Positions 48,878 to 59,707 of a DNA stretch of 64,000 nt are shown here, in pieces. Every line of letters begins with the position of its first letter. Position 1 is the stretch's first letter. The notes beneath the pieces were generated by a model. That model saw only the letters and a list, made by a program, of their open reading frames with translations. It was not told the origin of the DNA and searched no databases. The position numbers were made by a program, and so were the translations under genes. The stretch comes from Bacteroidota bacterium. GTDB lineage: Bacteria > Bacteroidota > Bacteroidia > Bacteroidales > JBHOTF01. Location: the NCBI GenBank assembly GCA_042584005.1, contig JBHOTF010000008.1, positions 27 to 64,026 of the forward strand, given 5' to 3'.

Positions 48878-50524
48878 ATGAAAACACTCATCCAGACCAG
48901 CAGATATTTAGCTATCACAGTTTTAATAGCCTGCTTTTTTAGCACAAGTCTTTTCAGCCAGGGAGAAAAAAAATCCGACTTGAAATTTAAGGTTTCATTT
49001 ACAAATGAAGCCCATCAAGATAATATCACCGGAAGAATTTATGTTATGATCTCTAAAAACAATAATAGAGAACCCAGATCACAGATTGGACTAACAGGTG
49101 TGCCTTTTTGGGGGAAAAATATATTCTCATTAAAACCTGGTGAAAGTGGAGTAATTGATGATGAGGTTTTTGGATATCCTCTGGAAAGCATAGCAGACAT
49201 ACCGGCCGGTGAATATTATGTACAGGCTTTTATTAATCTCTATACCGAGTTTAAACGTTCAGACGGGCACACCCTATGGATGCACAACGACCAGGGTGAA
49301 GGCCAAAGCTGGAGAAGATCGCCCGGAAATATGTATAGTGATGTTAAAAAGGTAAATATAGATCCTTCAAAAGCTCAAACAATTGAATTAAGCTGTTCAA
49401 CTGTTATTCCACCCATACCTCCAAAAGCTGATACAAAATGGGTTAAAAGAATAAAAATAAAAAGTAAATTATTATCTGATTTTTGGGGACAACCAATTTA
49501 TATTGGAGCAACAATTCTTCTACCTAAGAATTATGATAGAAATACTAATAAACACTATCCGGTAAATTATATTCAGGGACATTTTTCTTCAGGGGCACCA
49601 TACGGTTTCAGAGATAATAATGATCAGGGAAACAGCAGAGGAAGGAGCAATATTTCCGAATACTGGAAATCTGATGAATGCCCTGAAATGTTAGCAATTA
49701 CTTTATTACATCCATGTCCGTATTATGATGACTCATACGTTGTTAATTCACCAAATGTAGGGCCATATGATGATGCAATAATGAAAGAACTTATTCCACA
49801 TTTAGAAGAACAATTCCGCATTATAAAAGAACCTTATGCACGTATATTATCAGGAGGCTCAACCGGCGGATGGATATCACTGGCTATGCAGGTATTCCAC
49901 CCTGATTTTTTCGGTGGAACATTTTCTTTATGTCCCGATCCTGTTGATTTTCATTATCACCAGATAGTAAACATTTATGAAGATAAAAATGCATATTTCA
50001 AAGAATATGAGTGGATGAAAGTTGAAAGGCCAAATACCAGGGGAACTGATGGAAATATCAGGACTACTATGGAAAATGAGAACCTATATGAACTTGTTGT
50101 TGGTGATAAAAGTCGTTCAGGAGGACAATGGGATATATGGGAAGCGGCATACAGCCCAATAGGAGAAGATGGTTATCCTAAACGAATCTGGAATAAACGA
50201 ACCGGAGAAATTGACAATGAGGTGGCCAAAGAATGGGAAAAATTTGATATTCATCATTATTTAAAGGAAAACTGGAGCACTATTGGCCCCAAATTAGAAG
50301 GAAAACTATTTATCTATACAGGAAGTATGGATTCTTACTATTTAAATAATGCTGTGGTATTATTGGAAGATTATCTGAATAAAACAAAATACCCCTATTA
50401 CGACGGCAAGATTGAATACGGTTTAAGAAAACCACATTGCTGGGGACCAAGAGGAAAAGACCTGATCAAATTAATGGGCGATCAGGTTGCAAAGAATGCA
50501 CCATCAGGCACAGGTATAAATTGA
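48878..50524 (+). CDS. Secreted alpha/beta-hydrolase (putative esterase), paralog 3
   Basis: Signal peptide ending LFS-Q; YYDDSYVVN, GGSTGG, GSMD, HCW. Confidence 0.75.
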   Translation: MKTLIQTSRYLAITVLIACFFSTSLFSQGEKKSDLKFKVSFTNEAHQDNITGRIYVMISKNNNREPRSQIGLTGVPFWGKNIFSLKPGESGVIDDEVFGYPLESIADIPAGEYYVQAFINLYTEFKRSDGHTLWMHNDQGEGQSWRRSPGNMYSDVKKVNIDPSKAQTIELSCSTVIPPIPPKADTKWVKRIKIKSKLLSDFWGQPIYIGATILLPKNYDRNTNKHYPVNYIQGHFSSGAPYGFRDNNDQGNSRGRSNISEYWKSDECPEMLAITLLHPCPYYDDSYVVNSPNVGPYDDAIMKELIPHLEEQFRIIKEPYARILSGGSTGGWISLAMQVFHPDFFGGTFSLCPDPVDFHYHQIVNIYEDKNAYFKEYEWMKVERPNTRGTDGNIRTTMENENLYELVVGDKSRSGGQWDIWEAAYSPIGEDGYPKRIWNKRTGEIDNEVAKEWEKFDIHHYLKENWSTIGPKLEGKLFIYTGSMDSYYLNNAVVLLEDYLNKTKYPYYDGKIEYGLRKPHCWGPRGKDLIKLMGDQVAKNAPSGTGIN

Positions 50525-50571
50525 AAATTGAAAATTGAAAATTGAAAATTGAAAATTGAAAATTGAAAATT
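50521..50571. repeat. Perfect heptamer tandem repeat (TTGAAAA)x7 starting at the stop codon
   Basis: ttgaaaa repeated seven times; the first TGA is the stop of 48878..50524. Confidence 0.95.
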
Positions 50572-50618
50572 CTAAAATCTTAATTTGAATCGTATACATG
50601 GATAAATATTTTTTTTCT

Positions 50619-52151
50619 CTAAATATTATAATACAAGCCGGCACCGGGGCCTAGTGGCAAACCAATTAAAATCCATAAGATCAACAATACAGTCCAGAAT
50701 AAGAGGAATACAATTGAGTACGGGATCATAGTTGAAATCACCGTTCCTATTCCGGCTTTGGAATCGTACTTCTGGAAGAATGCAATTATCAATGCAAAGA
50801 AACTCATCATCGGACTAATAACATTGGTAACACTATCACCTATCCGGAAAACTACTTGTGAAAGCTCGGGAGAATAACCCATTAGCATAAACATTGGTAT
50901 CAGCACCGGCCCCATAATAGCCCATTTTGCTGATGCTGAGCCCATTAACATATTCATGCTTGCGGCAAAACCAATAAATAAAAGCATTAATGGGATTACA
51001 CCGAGATTTGCAGCCATCAGAGTATTTGCACCTTTAATGGCGAATATTATTCCAAGATTACTCCATTTAAAATAGGCTACAAACTGAGCTGCAAAAAATA
51101 CCAGTACAATATATAAAGCCATGGTTTTCATGCTTTCGCCCATGCCTTTTACAATATCACCATCATTTTTGAATTTTCCGGTTGTTAGTCCATATGCAAT
51201 CCCCATTCCACCAAACCCGAGAAATAGGAGGGAAACAACACCCTTTATTAACGGAGAGCTTAATAAACCACCATCAGTGCCTCTGAATATTCCATTCTCA
51301 GGAAGAAGACCAGCCAATGTTATTACAATCAATCCTAATAAAACCAAGCCTGCATTTCTTAAACCTTTTTTTTCTCTCTTTGAAAGACGCTCTATTTTTT
51401 CCGCCTTTACATTACCCTTATATTCAGGGAATCGGGGAGCTATTATCTTTTCAGTAACCCATGTGCCTGCAAATGCAATTATAAATGTTGAAACAACCAT
51501 AAAATAATAATTTGCAGTTGGATTAACAGTATATTCAGGATCGATTATACGGGCAGCTTCTTCTGAAAGTCCGGCTAACAAAGGATCAATGGTTCCAAGC
51601 ACAAGATTAGCACTAAAGCCTCCTGAAACGCCTGCAAAAGCAGCCGCCATACCAATTATTGGATGCCTGCCAACAGCAGAGAAAATTACTCCGCCAAGCG
51701 GTATTAATAGCACATAACCAACATCACTGGCCAGATTTGAAAGTATACCGGCTAAAACCAGAACAAAAGTAAGAAGTCGTTTGGGAGCGGAAAGAACCAA
51801 TGATCTTATTCCTGCTGCAATCAATCCACTACTTTCTCCTATTCCTATCCCAAGCATGGCAACCAAAACAATTCCCAGAGGAGCAAAGCTTGTGAAATTG
51901 GTTACCATTTCGAGTAAAATCTGATGCAGACCATCTTTCGATAATAGATTTACAGGTTCTATAACTTCTTTGGTGCCGGGATGAACAGCTTCCCAGTTAA
52001 GAGTAGCACCAATCCACGACAATAATAATGCTGCAAGTGCAAACAAAAGAAATAACGTTGCAGGATGAGGAAGAGCATTACCTGCCCTTTCTGTTATATT
52101 CAAAAATCTGGTAACAAAAGATTTTTTTTCGGCAGATTTATTTTTGGCCAT
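50619..52151 (-). CDS. AbgT family transporter
   Basis: [51 protein letters not shown]. Confidence 0.93.
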   Translation of the reverse strand: MAKNKSAEKKSFVTRFLNITERAGNALPHPATLFLLFALAALLLSWIGATLNWEAVHPGTKEVIEPVNLLSKDGLHQILLEMVTNFTSFAPLGIVLVAMLGIGIGESSGLIAAGIRSLVLSAPKRLLTFVLVLAGILSNLASDVGYVLLIPLGGVIFSAVGRHPIIGMAAAFAGVSGGFSANLVLGTIDPLLAGLSEEAARIIDPEYTVNPTANYYFMVVSTFIIAFAGTWVTEKIIAPRFPEYKGNVKAEKIERLSKREKKGLRNAGLVLLGLIVITLAGLLPENGIFRGTDGGLLSSPLIKGVVSLLFLGFGGMGIAYGLTTGKFKNDGDIVKGMGESMKTMALYIVLVFFAAQFVAYFKWSNLGIIFAIKGANTLMAANLGVIPLMLLFIGFAASMNMLMGSASAKWAIMGPVLIPMFMLMGYSPELSQVVFRIGDSVTNVISPMMSFFALIIAFFQKYDSKAGIGTVISTMIPYSIVFLLFWTVLLILWILIGLPLGPGAGLYYNI

Positions 52152-52167
52152 ATTTCATTAAATAATT

Positions 52168-52809
52168 TTATTGTAAAACACTTATTTTCAGTTGTGTTTC
52201 AAGATCTAATATTTCACCTTGATAGGCACCGTTTTGGTTATATAATTTACAATTAATAATCATCTTGACTCTGAAATCCCGATATTCAGAACCGGGTTCT
52301 GTAATTTCTTCTCTTTCCAGTACTTGTAATGTTGATCCTGATTGATCTCCATAAATAGTAAAATAATGGGTCAGAGCAGGAATATTTGTCATAACAGAGG
52401 TTATCATTGTATATTCAAAGTCAAATTTCTTGTTTGACAATGTTGAGGGGTCAGTAAAAAACTTTATGCCAGGTTCAAATATTTCCCACAAATATGTAAA
52501 ATTTGTTTTATAAACTTCAGGAGTGACAAATGATATCCACCTGTCAAATCTTAATACTGGCTCAGTATCCAAACCAAACCGGTATGTCCCTCTATCCGGG
52601 TCTCCAACTGCATTAGGATAAAACCCACAGTTTATTCCAACACCGTCGTGTCCATCATTCAAACATATTTCTTCACTAAATACAAGGCCTGTAAAATAAT
52701 AATCAGACTTTATCTCACAAGGCCCGTCTTCCCGCCCTTCACAAGAAAAGAATAAACAAATTATACTTATTAATACAATTATTACAGAGAAATTAATTTT
52801 CCTATTCAT
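52168..52809 (-). CDS. Hypothetical lipoprotein
   Basis: Lipobox FFSC; co-oriented in the gene run. Confidence 0.65.
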   Translation of the reverse strand: MNRKINFSVIIVLISIICLFFSCEGREDGPCEIKSDYYFTGLVFSEEICLNDGHDGVGINCGFYPNAVGDPDRGTYRFGLDTEPVLRFDRWISFVTPEVYKTNFTYLWEIFEPGIKFFTDPSTLSNKKFDFEYTMITSVMTNIPALTHYFTIYGDQSGSTLQVLEREEITEPGSEYRDFRVKMIINCKLYNQNGAYQGEILDLETQLKISVLQ

Positions 52810-52821
52810 AACATATTTTAT

Positions 52822-54288
52822 CTAATTATTATTGTTTTTTTCTATTCTTGAAATCCATAACCTGTCATATAAGAACAGTCCTGTAACAGAAATCATACCT
52901 ATACCAAGCATAACATACCACATTCTTGAAGGATTATAATTTTCCCATAAAAAGCTTGTCAATGTAGATTGGTCCATTCCCAGCAGTTCTTCCGCTCTCT
53001 TAAAATAATCGTTCTGAGTAAAACTATCTGAAATTTCCTGAATACTTAATCCCCGTGATGCAATTTCTTGTTGAAGCAAATATAATTTATCTGATAACCT
53101 CTCATAAACACTGCCAGAAATTAATCCTCCAAAAAGGTGCCCGCCTGCCAGAGGAAGAAAAGAACATCCAATATATAATGCCACTTTATCTTTTGGGGCA
53201 ATTCTGGCCATATATTCAGTTATTTTAGGCGAACTTGCCATTTCACCAAGTGCAAATATAAAAATTGCTAGTATGAGAAACCACCCATTTTGTGTAAGAA
53301 AAAACAATGTAGCTCCAATTGTAACAATAAAAATACCTGTCATCATTGCCCTTAATGGCTTCATCTTCATAACAAGTGCTGAAACAAATATCTGGAAAAT
53401 CACAATAAACATCGCTCCCATATTAATAAGCATTTCAGGAGCAACTGTTGCATTATTCTGAGTATCTACGGCATTAGCCAATCCTTGTGAAAAAGAGGCA
53501 AATGAATTATATAAACCGTTAATATCTACCCACTGCTCAATAAAAACTGGTAAAGAATAAAACAATTGATTATAAACTGTCCAAAAACCAATAATAATAA
53601 TCAGAAATACTGCCAGTTTAATATCACTTACGGAAGTCCAGATATTTCTTAAAACTGTAAGAATTGATTTACCCAGCGATTCTGTATTTTTCTTCCTCTC
53701 CGGCTCTTTGAAAATAAAAATTACAATAAATATGTTAACAATAATCCATGCGGAAGACATTAAAAAAGCATATGACCAGTCAAGAGCCCGTAAAGAAGAA
53801 GCTATATATGGACCAACAAATCCTCCAATATTAACTACCTGATAAAATATCCCAAATCCAATAGAGGAAGTTTTATTATTTGTTGTTTTTCCAATTGTTG
53901 CCGATATCACCGGTTTAAACAATCCTGCCCCTATTGCAATCCACATAAAAACAGCGAAAATTGCTGCATATGATGTTACCTGGCCCATTAAAAAATAACC
54001 TGAGGCCATTATTATATATGCAATAATAAGTACTTTTTTATAGCCGAATTTATCGGCAATGGCACCGGTAATTACCGGCAGAAAATATAATATCGAGACA
54101 ACTGTTGCAACCAGTGCGCCTTTTTCTGCCTGTGAAAAACCAAGCGCTCCGGTATCGGTAGACCCTGTAAGATACAATGCTAATGGGGTAAAAATACCAT
54201 ACCATGCAAGACGCTCAAATAATTCCATACTATTGGCCGACCAAAAAGTGCCGGGGAATTGCTTAATAGTTTTAATAATTGTACTCAT
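52822..54288 (-). CDS. MFS transporter, POT/peptide-transporter-like
   Basis: ELFERLAWYG (ExxERxxY), GAGLFKP, FY..VNIG, GEMASSP. Confidence 0.85.
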   Translation of the reverse strand: MSTIIKTIKQFPGTFWSANSMELFERLAWYGIFTPLALYLTGSTDTGALGFSQAEKGALVATVVSILYFLPVITGAIADKFGYKKVLIIAYIIMASGYFLMGQVTSYAAIFAVFMWIAIGAGLFKPVISATIGKTTNNKTSSIGFGIFYQVVNIGGFVGPYIASSLRALDWSYAFLMSSAWIIVNIFIVIFIFKEPERKKNTESLGKSILTVLRNIWTSVSDIKLAVFLIIIIGFWTVYNQLFYSLPVFIEQWVDINGLYNSFASFSQGLANAVDTQNNATVAPEMLINMGAMFIVIFQIFVSALVMKMKPLRAMMTGIFIVTIGATLFFLTQNGWFLILAIFIFALGEMASSPKITEYMARIAPKDKVALYIGCSFLPLAGGHLFGGLISGSVYERLSDKLYLLQQEIASRGLSIQEISDSFTQNDYFKRAEELLGMDQSTLTSFLWENYNPSRMWYVMLGIGMISVTGLFLYDRLWISRIEKNNNN

Positions 54289-54330
54289 TTTTAGATAAAA
54301 TTTTTAGGATTCTTATTTGTTTATTCTTAT

Positions 54331-55737
54331 TTATTTCTTTTCAAGTAATACAACATTTTCAACATGATCAGTATGTGGAAACATATCAACAGGCTGAACT
54401 TCTGTCACTTTGTACACATTACCAAGCAACTCAATATCTCTTGCCTGAGTTGCCGGATTACAACTGACATAAACTATTCTTTGAGGCTCTGCAAAAAGAA
54501 TTGCATTAACAACATTAATATGCATACCTGCCCGTGGCGGATCCAGAATAATTACTTCGGGGCGATCCCATTGAGTAATAAAATCTTCATTTAAAACATT
54601 CTTAATATCTCCGGCAAAAAATTCAGTATTATTTATACCATTCAATCTGGAATTTAATTTTGCATCTTCTATTGCCTCAGGTACTGATTCTATTCCTATA
54701 ACTAGCTTGCATTTTTTGGCAATAAAATTGGCAATAGTTCCTGTTCCAGTATAAAGATCATATACAACCTCATCGCCTTTTAATGCTGCATAGTTTTTTA
54801 CAATATTATATAGATTACAGGCCTGAACCGTATTTGTTTGAAAGAATGATTTAGGGCCAATGCGAAAATTCAGGTCTTCCATTTTTTCAATTATATGATC
54901 TTCCCCATTAAATACCTTAACATCCAGATCGTATATTGTACTGTTTCCTTTTGGATTAATTATATATAATAATGAAGTAATATCCGGAAACATTTCCCTG
55001 ATATGCTCTAATAATCCTATTCTTTTTTCTTCATCCTCATGATAAAAAATAACAATAAGCATTGTATCTCCCGATTGAGAAGTACGGATTATTATATTCC
55101 TTAGAAACCCGTTTTGGTGCCTGAGATCAAAGAAACTAATGCCATTCTTTATGCCATAATCTCTTATTGCCAGTCGAATAGCATTTGAAGGATCTGCCTG
55201 AAGATAACAATGTTCTATATTTACTATTTTATCAAATCTTTGCGATACATGAAATCCCAATGCTTTTAACTGCTTTTTTTCATCAACCTGATCAAGTTCT
55301 TCTTTCTCCAGCCATCTGGCATTGCTAAATGTATACTCAAGCTTATTTCTGTAATATTCTGTTTCCTCTGACGGAAGTATAGGTTTTATTTCGGGGATTT
55401 CCACTTTCCCTATTCTCTGAAGATTTTCAACAACTTGTTTTTGTTTATAAAACAATTGATCCTTATACGACATATTTTGCCATTTACATCCTCCACAACT
55501 CCCAAAATGCTTACATAAAGGTTCTATGCGTTTATCTGAATATTTATGGAATTTTTCAGGATATCCTTCCCAGAACTTCTTTTTTTTTCCGATTATCTGA
55601 ACATCAACAATATCGCCCGGAACAGTTTTTTGTACAAATATCACTCTGTCTTCATATCTTGCAACAGATTTTCCTCCAGTCCCTGCATCAACAATTTCCA
55701 GACTTTCCAGCAAAGGGTAGCTTCCTCTCTTTGACAA
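54331..55737 (-). CDS. rlmD: 23S rRNA (uracil-1939-C5)-methyltransferase
   Basis: TRAM domain, CKHFGSCGGC, SFFQTN, DLYTGTG, DPPRAG, YVSCNP, DMFPHT; TTG start. Confidence 0.93.
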   Translation of the reverse strand: MSKRGSYPLLESLEIVDAGTGGKSVARYEDRVIFVQKTVPGDIVDVQIIGKKKKFWEGYPEKFHKYSDKRIEPLCKHFGSCGGCKWQNMSYKDQLFYKQKQVVENLQRIGKVEIPEIKPILPSEETEYYRNKLEYTFSNARWLEKEELDQVDEKKQLKALGFHVSQRFDKIVNIEHCYLQADPSNAIRLAIRDYGIKNGISFFDLRHQNGFLRNIIIRTSQSGDTMLIVIFYHEDEEKRIGLLEHIREMFPDITSLLYIINPKGNSTIYDLDVKVFNGEDHIIEKMEDLNFRIGPKSFFQTNTVQACNLYNIVKNYAALKGDEVVYDLYTGTGTIANFIAKKCKLVIGIESVPEAIEDAKLNSRLNGINNTEFFAGDIKNVLNEDFITQWDRPEVIILDPPRAGMHINVVNAILFAEPQRIVYVSCNPATQARDIELLGNVYKVTEVQPVDMFPHTDHVENVVLLEKK

Positions 55738-55762
55738 ACCAATTATATTAATTAATAAGCTT

Positions 55763-55770
55763 CAAATATA
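55763..55770 (-). promoter_or_regulatory. Bacteroidota -7 promoter box for rlmD
   Basis: Minus strand TATATTTG 26 nt upstream of the start. Confidence 0.55.
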
Positions 55771-55865
55771 TAAAGTATGTGTAAAATATCATGAGAGATT
55801 ATGAATAAACCTGAACTTCATTTAATAAATAATAATTAATAATATTCAATGTTCAAAAATAATTA

Positions 55866-56489
55866 ATGATATTTGCGTTCGAAAAATATTGGTTTATGGC
55901 AAGAATCGGCAGACAAGTTCTACATTTTGAACATGTTAATACAGATAGTATAAAAGCGAGATTTTCAGATACTAAATCTCATAGATATACTCTTGAAATT
56001 ACTTTTTTTGAAGATTTTTATTCAAAAAAAAGAGAGAAAAGTATTGTTGTCATTTTAAAAAACCCCAGTTCAGCAGATGAAAAAATGGCTGATTCTACTA
56101 TCAGAAAAGTTGAAACCTATGTTTATCTTAAATTCCCCGATGTGAAATATTTAAGAATACTGAATATTTTTGCCATTCGTGGAACAGATCCTGAAGATGT
56201 TAATTCGCTACTGAATGAAAAAGGATTTGATTATATAGTCGGACCTGAGAATAATGATCATTTTGAAGAAATAATTGGAAAGAGCGATTATGTAATATGC
56301 GCATGGGGAGGAAATAGTGGTATAAACAAGGAAAATTATAATCGCAGAATATCAGAAGTCAAACAGATAATAAATAAGGTAAATAAAAATACCGCATATC
56401 AGGTTTGTGGAAAACAAAATACTTTACAACCCCTGCATGGTTTAATGTGGGGTTATGATTATATTTTAAAGAAAATTAATATTCTGTAA
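55866..56489 (+). CDS. DUF1643 domain protein
   Basis: HRY.L, NPSSAD...D.T, LNIFA.R.TDP, CAWG, PLH; the true start may be ATG 55896. Confidence 0.75.
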   Translation: MIFAFEKYWFMARIGRQVLHFEHVNTDSIKARFSDTKSHRYTLEITFFEDFYSKKREKSIVVILKNPSSADEKMADSTIRKVETYVYLKFPDVKYLRILNIFAIRGTDPEDVNSLLNEKGFDYIVGPENNDHFEEIIGKSDYVICAWGGNSGINKENYNRRISEVKQIINKVNKNTAYQVCGKQNTLQPLHGLMWGYDYILKKINIL

Positions 56490-56505
56490 ATCCGGATTTA
56501 ATAAT

Positions 56506-58467
56506 ATGATTTCAATTGATAATTTAAGTTTATCCTTTAGCGGAGAATATTTATTAAAAGATATATCTCTGGTTATCAATCCAAAGGATAAAATCGGACT
56601 TGCAGGGAAAAACGGAGCAGGAAAAACTACTTTGTTGAAAATTATTGTTGGGTTTCAACAAACTGACAAAGGGAAAGTTGTAATACCACCGGAAATAACA
56701 ATCGGTTATCTTCCACAACAGATGACTCATAAAGACACAAGATCTGTAATTGATGAGACAAGTACAGCTTTTAGTGAGGTAATGGCCATTCAGAAAAGTA
56801 TAGATGATATAAATACTGAGCTTGAGTGCATAACCGACTTTGAGTCTGACAATTATGAAAAACTACTGAATAAGCTTACTGAATATTCTGAAAGATATAA
56901 TTTACTGGGTGGTAATTCAATGATGGCTGATTTGGAACAAACCTTGATGGGTTTGGGATTTACCAGATCAGATTTCAACAGGCAAACTTCAGAGTTTAGT
57001 GGTGGCTGGAGAATGAGAATAGAATTAGCAAAAATATTATTACAAAAGCCCAAAGTGCTTCTTCTTGATGAGCCTACTAATCATTTGGATATTGAGTCTA
57101 TTCAATGGTTTGAAGAATATTTGAAGAATTTCCCGGGGGCTGTTATGCTGGTTTCTCACGACAGGGATTTTCTCGATAATATTACAAAAAGAACTATTGA
57201 AATATCACTTTGTAAAATTTATGATTACAAAGTGTCTTACACACAATACCTTACCTTAAGAAAAGAAAGGAGGGAGCAGCAAATTGCCTCCTATCTGAAT
57301 CAAAAGAAAATGATTGATGATACGGAGAGATTTATTGAAAGATTCAGATATAAAGCCACAAAAGCTGTTCAGGTACAATCGAGAATAAAACAACTTGCAA
57401 AAGTTGAACGAATTGAGGTTGATGAAGAGGATACTTCTTCAATAAAGATTAAGTTTCCTCCAGCTCCACATTCCGGGAAAATTGTTGTTGAATGTCAGAA
57501 TATTAAAAAAAATTATGGGAACAATCTGGTACTTGACGATATTGACCTTACAATAGAGAAGGGAGAAACTATTGCTTTTGTTGGCAAGAATGGTGAGGGG
57601 AAATCTACTCTTTCAAAAATAATTATGCAGGAAATTGACTATAATGGTATATGTAAAATCGGACATAAAGTTAATATAGGATATTTCGCACAGAACCAGG
57701 CACAGCTTCTTGATAACAACAAAACTGTTTATCAAACTCTTGATGATGTTGCTGTTGGCGATATTCGTACAAAAATCAGAGATATATTGGGTGCTTTTCT
57801 TTTTAGCGGAGATCAAATTGATAAAAAGGTTAAAGTTCTTTCAGGTGGTGAACGATCGCGCCTGGCAATCGCAGAATTGTTACTTCAGCCCTATAATCTT
57901 CTTGTTCTTGATGAGCCTACCAACCATCTTGATATAAGGTCAAAAGGTATACTCAAACAGGCACTTCTTCAATATGATGGGACATTAATTCTCACCTCTC
58001 ACGACAGGCATTTTCTTGATGGCCTGGTTGATAAAGTATACGAATTTGGTAATAAAAAAATTAAAGAGCATTTAGGTGGCATTTATGATTATCTGGAGAA
58101 AAAACGCATTATTGATCTCGAAGAAATTGAAAAGTCCTCAAAACAAAATACAAAATCAAAATCATCTGATTCTTCAGACAACAAAATTAAATTTGAAGAA
58201 AAAAAGGAATACGAGAAAAAAATAAGAAAAATCAATACCCAGATCTCCGCTTCTGAGAAAAAAATCTCCATTCTTGAGGAAGAAATCAATAAAGTTGAAC
58301 TTCTGTTATCTAAGCCTGAAACTATAAGCAGCTCTTCTGATAAAAATGCCCCATATATAAAATATCAAAAGCTTAAAGATGAACTGGCCAGGGAAATGAA
58401 GAAATGGGAAAATTTTATTAATACCCTTTCAGCTTCCACTTCGGATACGTATATTTACGATAAATAG
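56506..58467 (+). CDS. ABC-F family ATPase (YheS/Uup-like)
   Basis: Two ABC cassettes (GKNGAGKT, FSGGW; GKNGEGKS, LSGGE), DEPTNHLD twice, no TM segments, C-terminal coiled coil. Confidence 0.93.
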   Translation: MISIDNLSLSFSGEYLLKDISLVINPKDKIGLAGKNGAGKTTLLKIIVGFQQTDKGKVVIPPEITIGYLPQQMTHKDTRSVIDETSTAFSEVMAIQKSIDDINTELECITDFESDNYEKLLNKLTEYSERYNLLGGNSMMADLEQTLMGLGFTRSDFNRQTSEFSGGWRMRIELAKILLQKPKVLLLDEPTNHLDIESIQWFEEYLKNFPGAVMLVSHDRDFLDNITKRTIEISLCKIYDYKVSYTQYLTLRKERREQQIASYLNQKKMIDDTERFIERFRYKATKAVQVQSRIKQLAKVERIEVDEEDTSSIKIKFPPAPHSGKIVVECQNIKKNYGNNLVLDDIDLTIEKGETIAFVGKNGEGKSTLSKIIMQEIDYNGICKIGHKVNIGYFAQNQAQLLDNNKTVYQTLDDVAVGDIRTKIRDILGAFLFSGDQIDKKVKVLSGGERSRLAIAELLLQPYNLLVLDEPTNHLDIRSKGILKQALLQYDGTLILTSHDRHFLDGLVDKVYEFGNKKIKEHLGGIYDYLEKKRIIDLEEIEKSSKQNTKSKSSDSSDNKIKFEEKKEYEKKIRKINTQISASEKKISILEEEINKVELLLSKPETISSSSDKNAPYIKYQKLKDELAREMKKWENFINTLSASTSDTYIYDK

Positions 58468-58474
58468 CCATTTC

Positions 58475-59701
58475 ATGAAAACAAGCTACTCTCCTATTGA
58501 TGCAAAAGAAAGAATTGTTTCACTGGATGTATTACGGGGTTTTGCAGTTCTGGGAATTCTGATTATGAATATTCAATCATTTTCAATGATTTTTGCTGCA
58601 TACCAGAACCCTTTGGCATATGGCGATTTATCAGGTATTAATCTGTTAATATGGAAACTAAGTCATGTTTTTGCTGATCAAAAATTCATGACTATCTTTT
58701 CCATCCTGTTTGGTGCAGGAATATTGTTAATGACTCAGAAAATTGAGAAACAGGGATTAAGTTCTAAAGGCTTGCATTTTAGACGAATGATGTGGTTAAT
58801 AATAATCGGGCTTTTACATGCTTATTTTCTCTGGCATGGAGATATACTGGTGAATTATGGCACTATAGCCCTGCTGGTTTATTTTTTTCGTAAAAAAAAC
58901 TCCCGAACCTTAACTGTAGTTGGCATTGCTTTTATTATTATACCGTCGATGTTATATTGGATGTCAGGGTGGTCTATGCAATATTGGTCTACTGAACAAA
59001 TAACTGAATTAGCGAATCAATGGTTGCCGGGACAGGAAATTATTGATAAAGAAATAGCTGCATTTCAGGGTTCCTGGTGGTCAGGTGTTAGTCACCGGTC
59101 TTCTATTGTCCTTATGTTGGAAACTTCCTTAGTATTTTTATTCGGATGGAGAATTCTTGGACAAATGTTAATTGGTATGGCACTTTACAAATCGGGGTTT
59201 CTATCGGCAAAATTATCTTATAAAAAATATCTTCTTACACTAATTATTTGTTTTTCAATTGGATTTACACTAATAATAACCGGAATGAACAAGAATTTCA
59301 ACTCAGGCTGGGATGGTGAATATTCACGGTTTAATGGTATTCAGTATAATTACTGGGGTAGTATTTTGGTAAGTATAGGATATATTTCAATAATAATGAT
59401 TATTGTAAAAACAAAAATTCTCTCCGGCCTGAAAAATATACTTGCTCCGGTTGGAAGAATGGCATTCACAAATTACCTTTTGCAAACAATTATATGTACT
59501 ATCATTTTTTATGGTTTTGGTTTTGGGTATTTTGGAAAACTTACCAGAGCTGAGCAAATAATAATTGTTTTATGTATATGGACATTTGAAATAATACTTT
59601 CCCGAATATGGTTAAGATATTTTAAATACGGGCCATTTGAATGGTTGTGGCGATCGCTGAGTTATAGAAAATTGTTTAAATTAAGAAGAGAAATATCCTA
59701 A
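58475..59701 (+). CDS. DUF418 (YeiB-like) membrane protein
   Basis: RI.SLDVLRGFA, FSILFGAG, WHGDIL, GRMAFTNYLLQT, GPFEWLWR. Confidence 0.9.
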   Translation: MKTSYSPIDAKERIVSLDVLRGFAVLGILIMNIQSFSMIFAAYQNPLAYGDLSGINLLIWKLSHVFADQKFMTIFSILFGAGILLMTQKIEKQGLSSKGLHFRRMMWLIIIGLLHAYFLWHGDILVNYGTIALLVYFFRKKNSRTLTVVGIAFIIIPSMLYWMSGWSMQYWSTEQITELANQWLPGQEIIDKEIAAFQGSWWSGVSHRSSIVLMLETSLVFLFGWRILGQMLIGMALYKSGFLSAKLSYKKYLLTLIICFSIGFTLIITGMNKNFNSGWDGEYSRFNGIQYNYWGSILVSIGYISIIMIIVKTKILSGLKNILAPVGRMAFTNYLLQTIICTIIFYGFGFGYFGKLTRAEQIIIVLCIWTFEIILSRIWLRYFKYGPFEWLWRSLSYRKLFKLRREIS

Positions 59702-59707
59702 ATAAAT

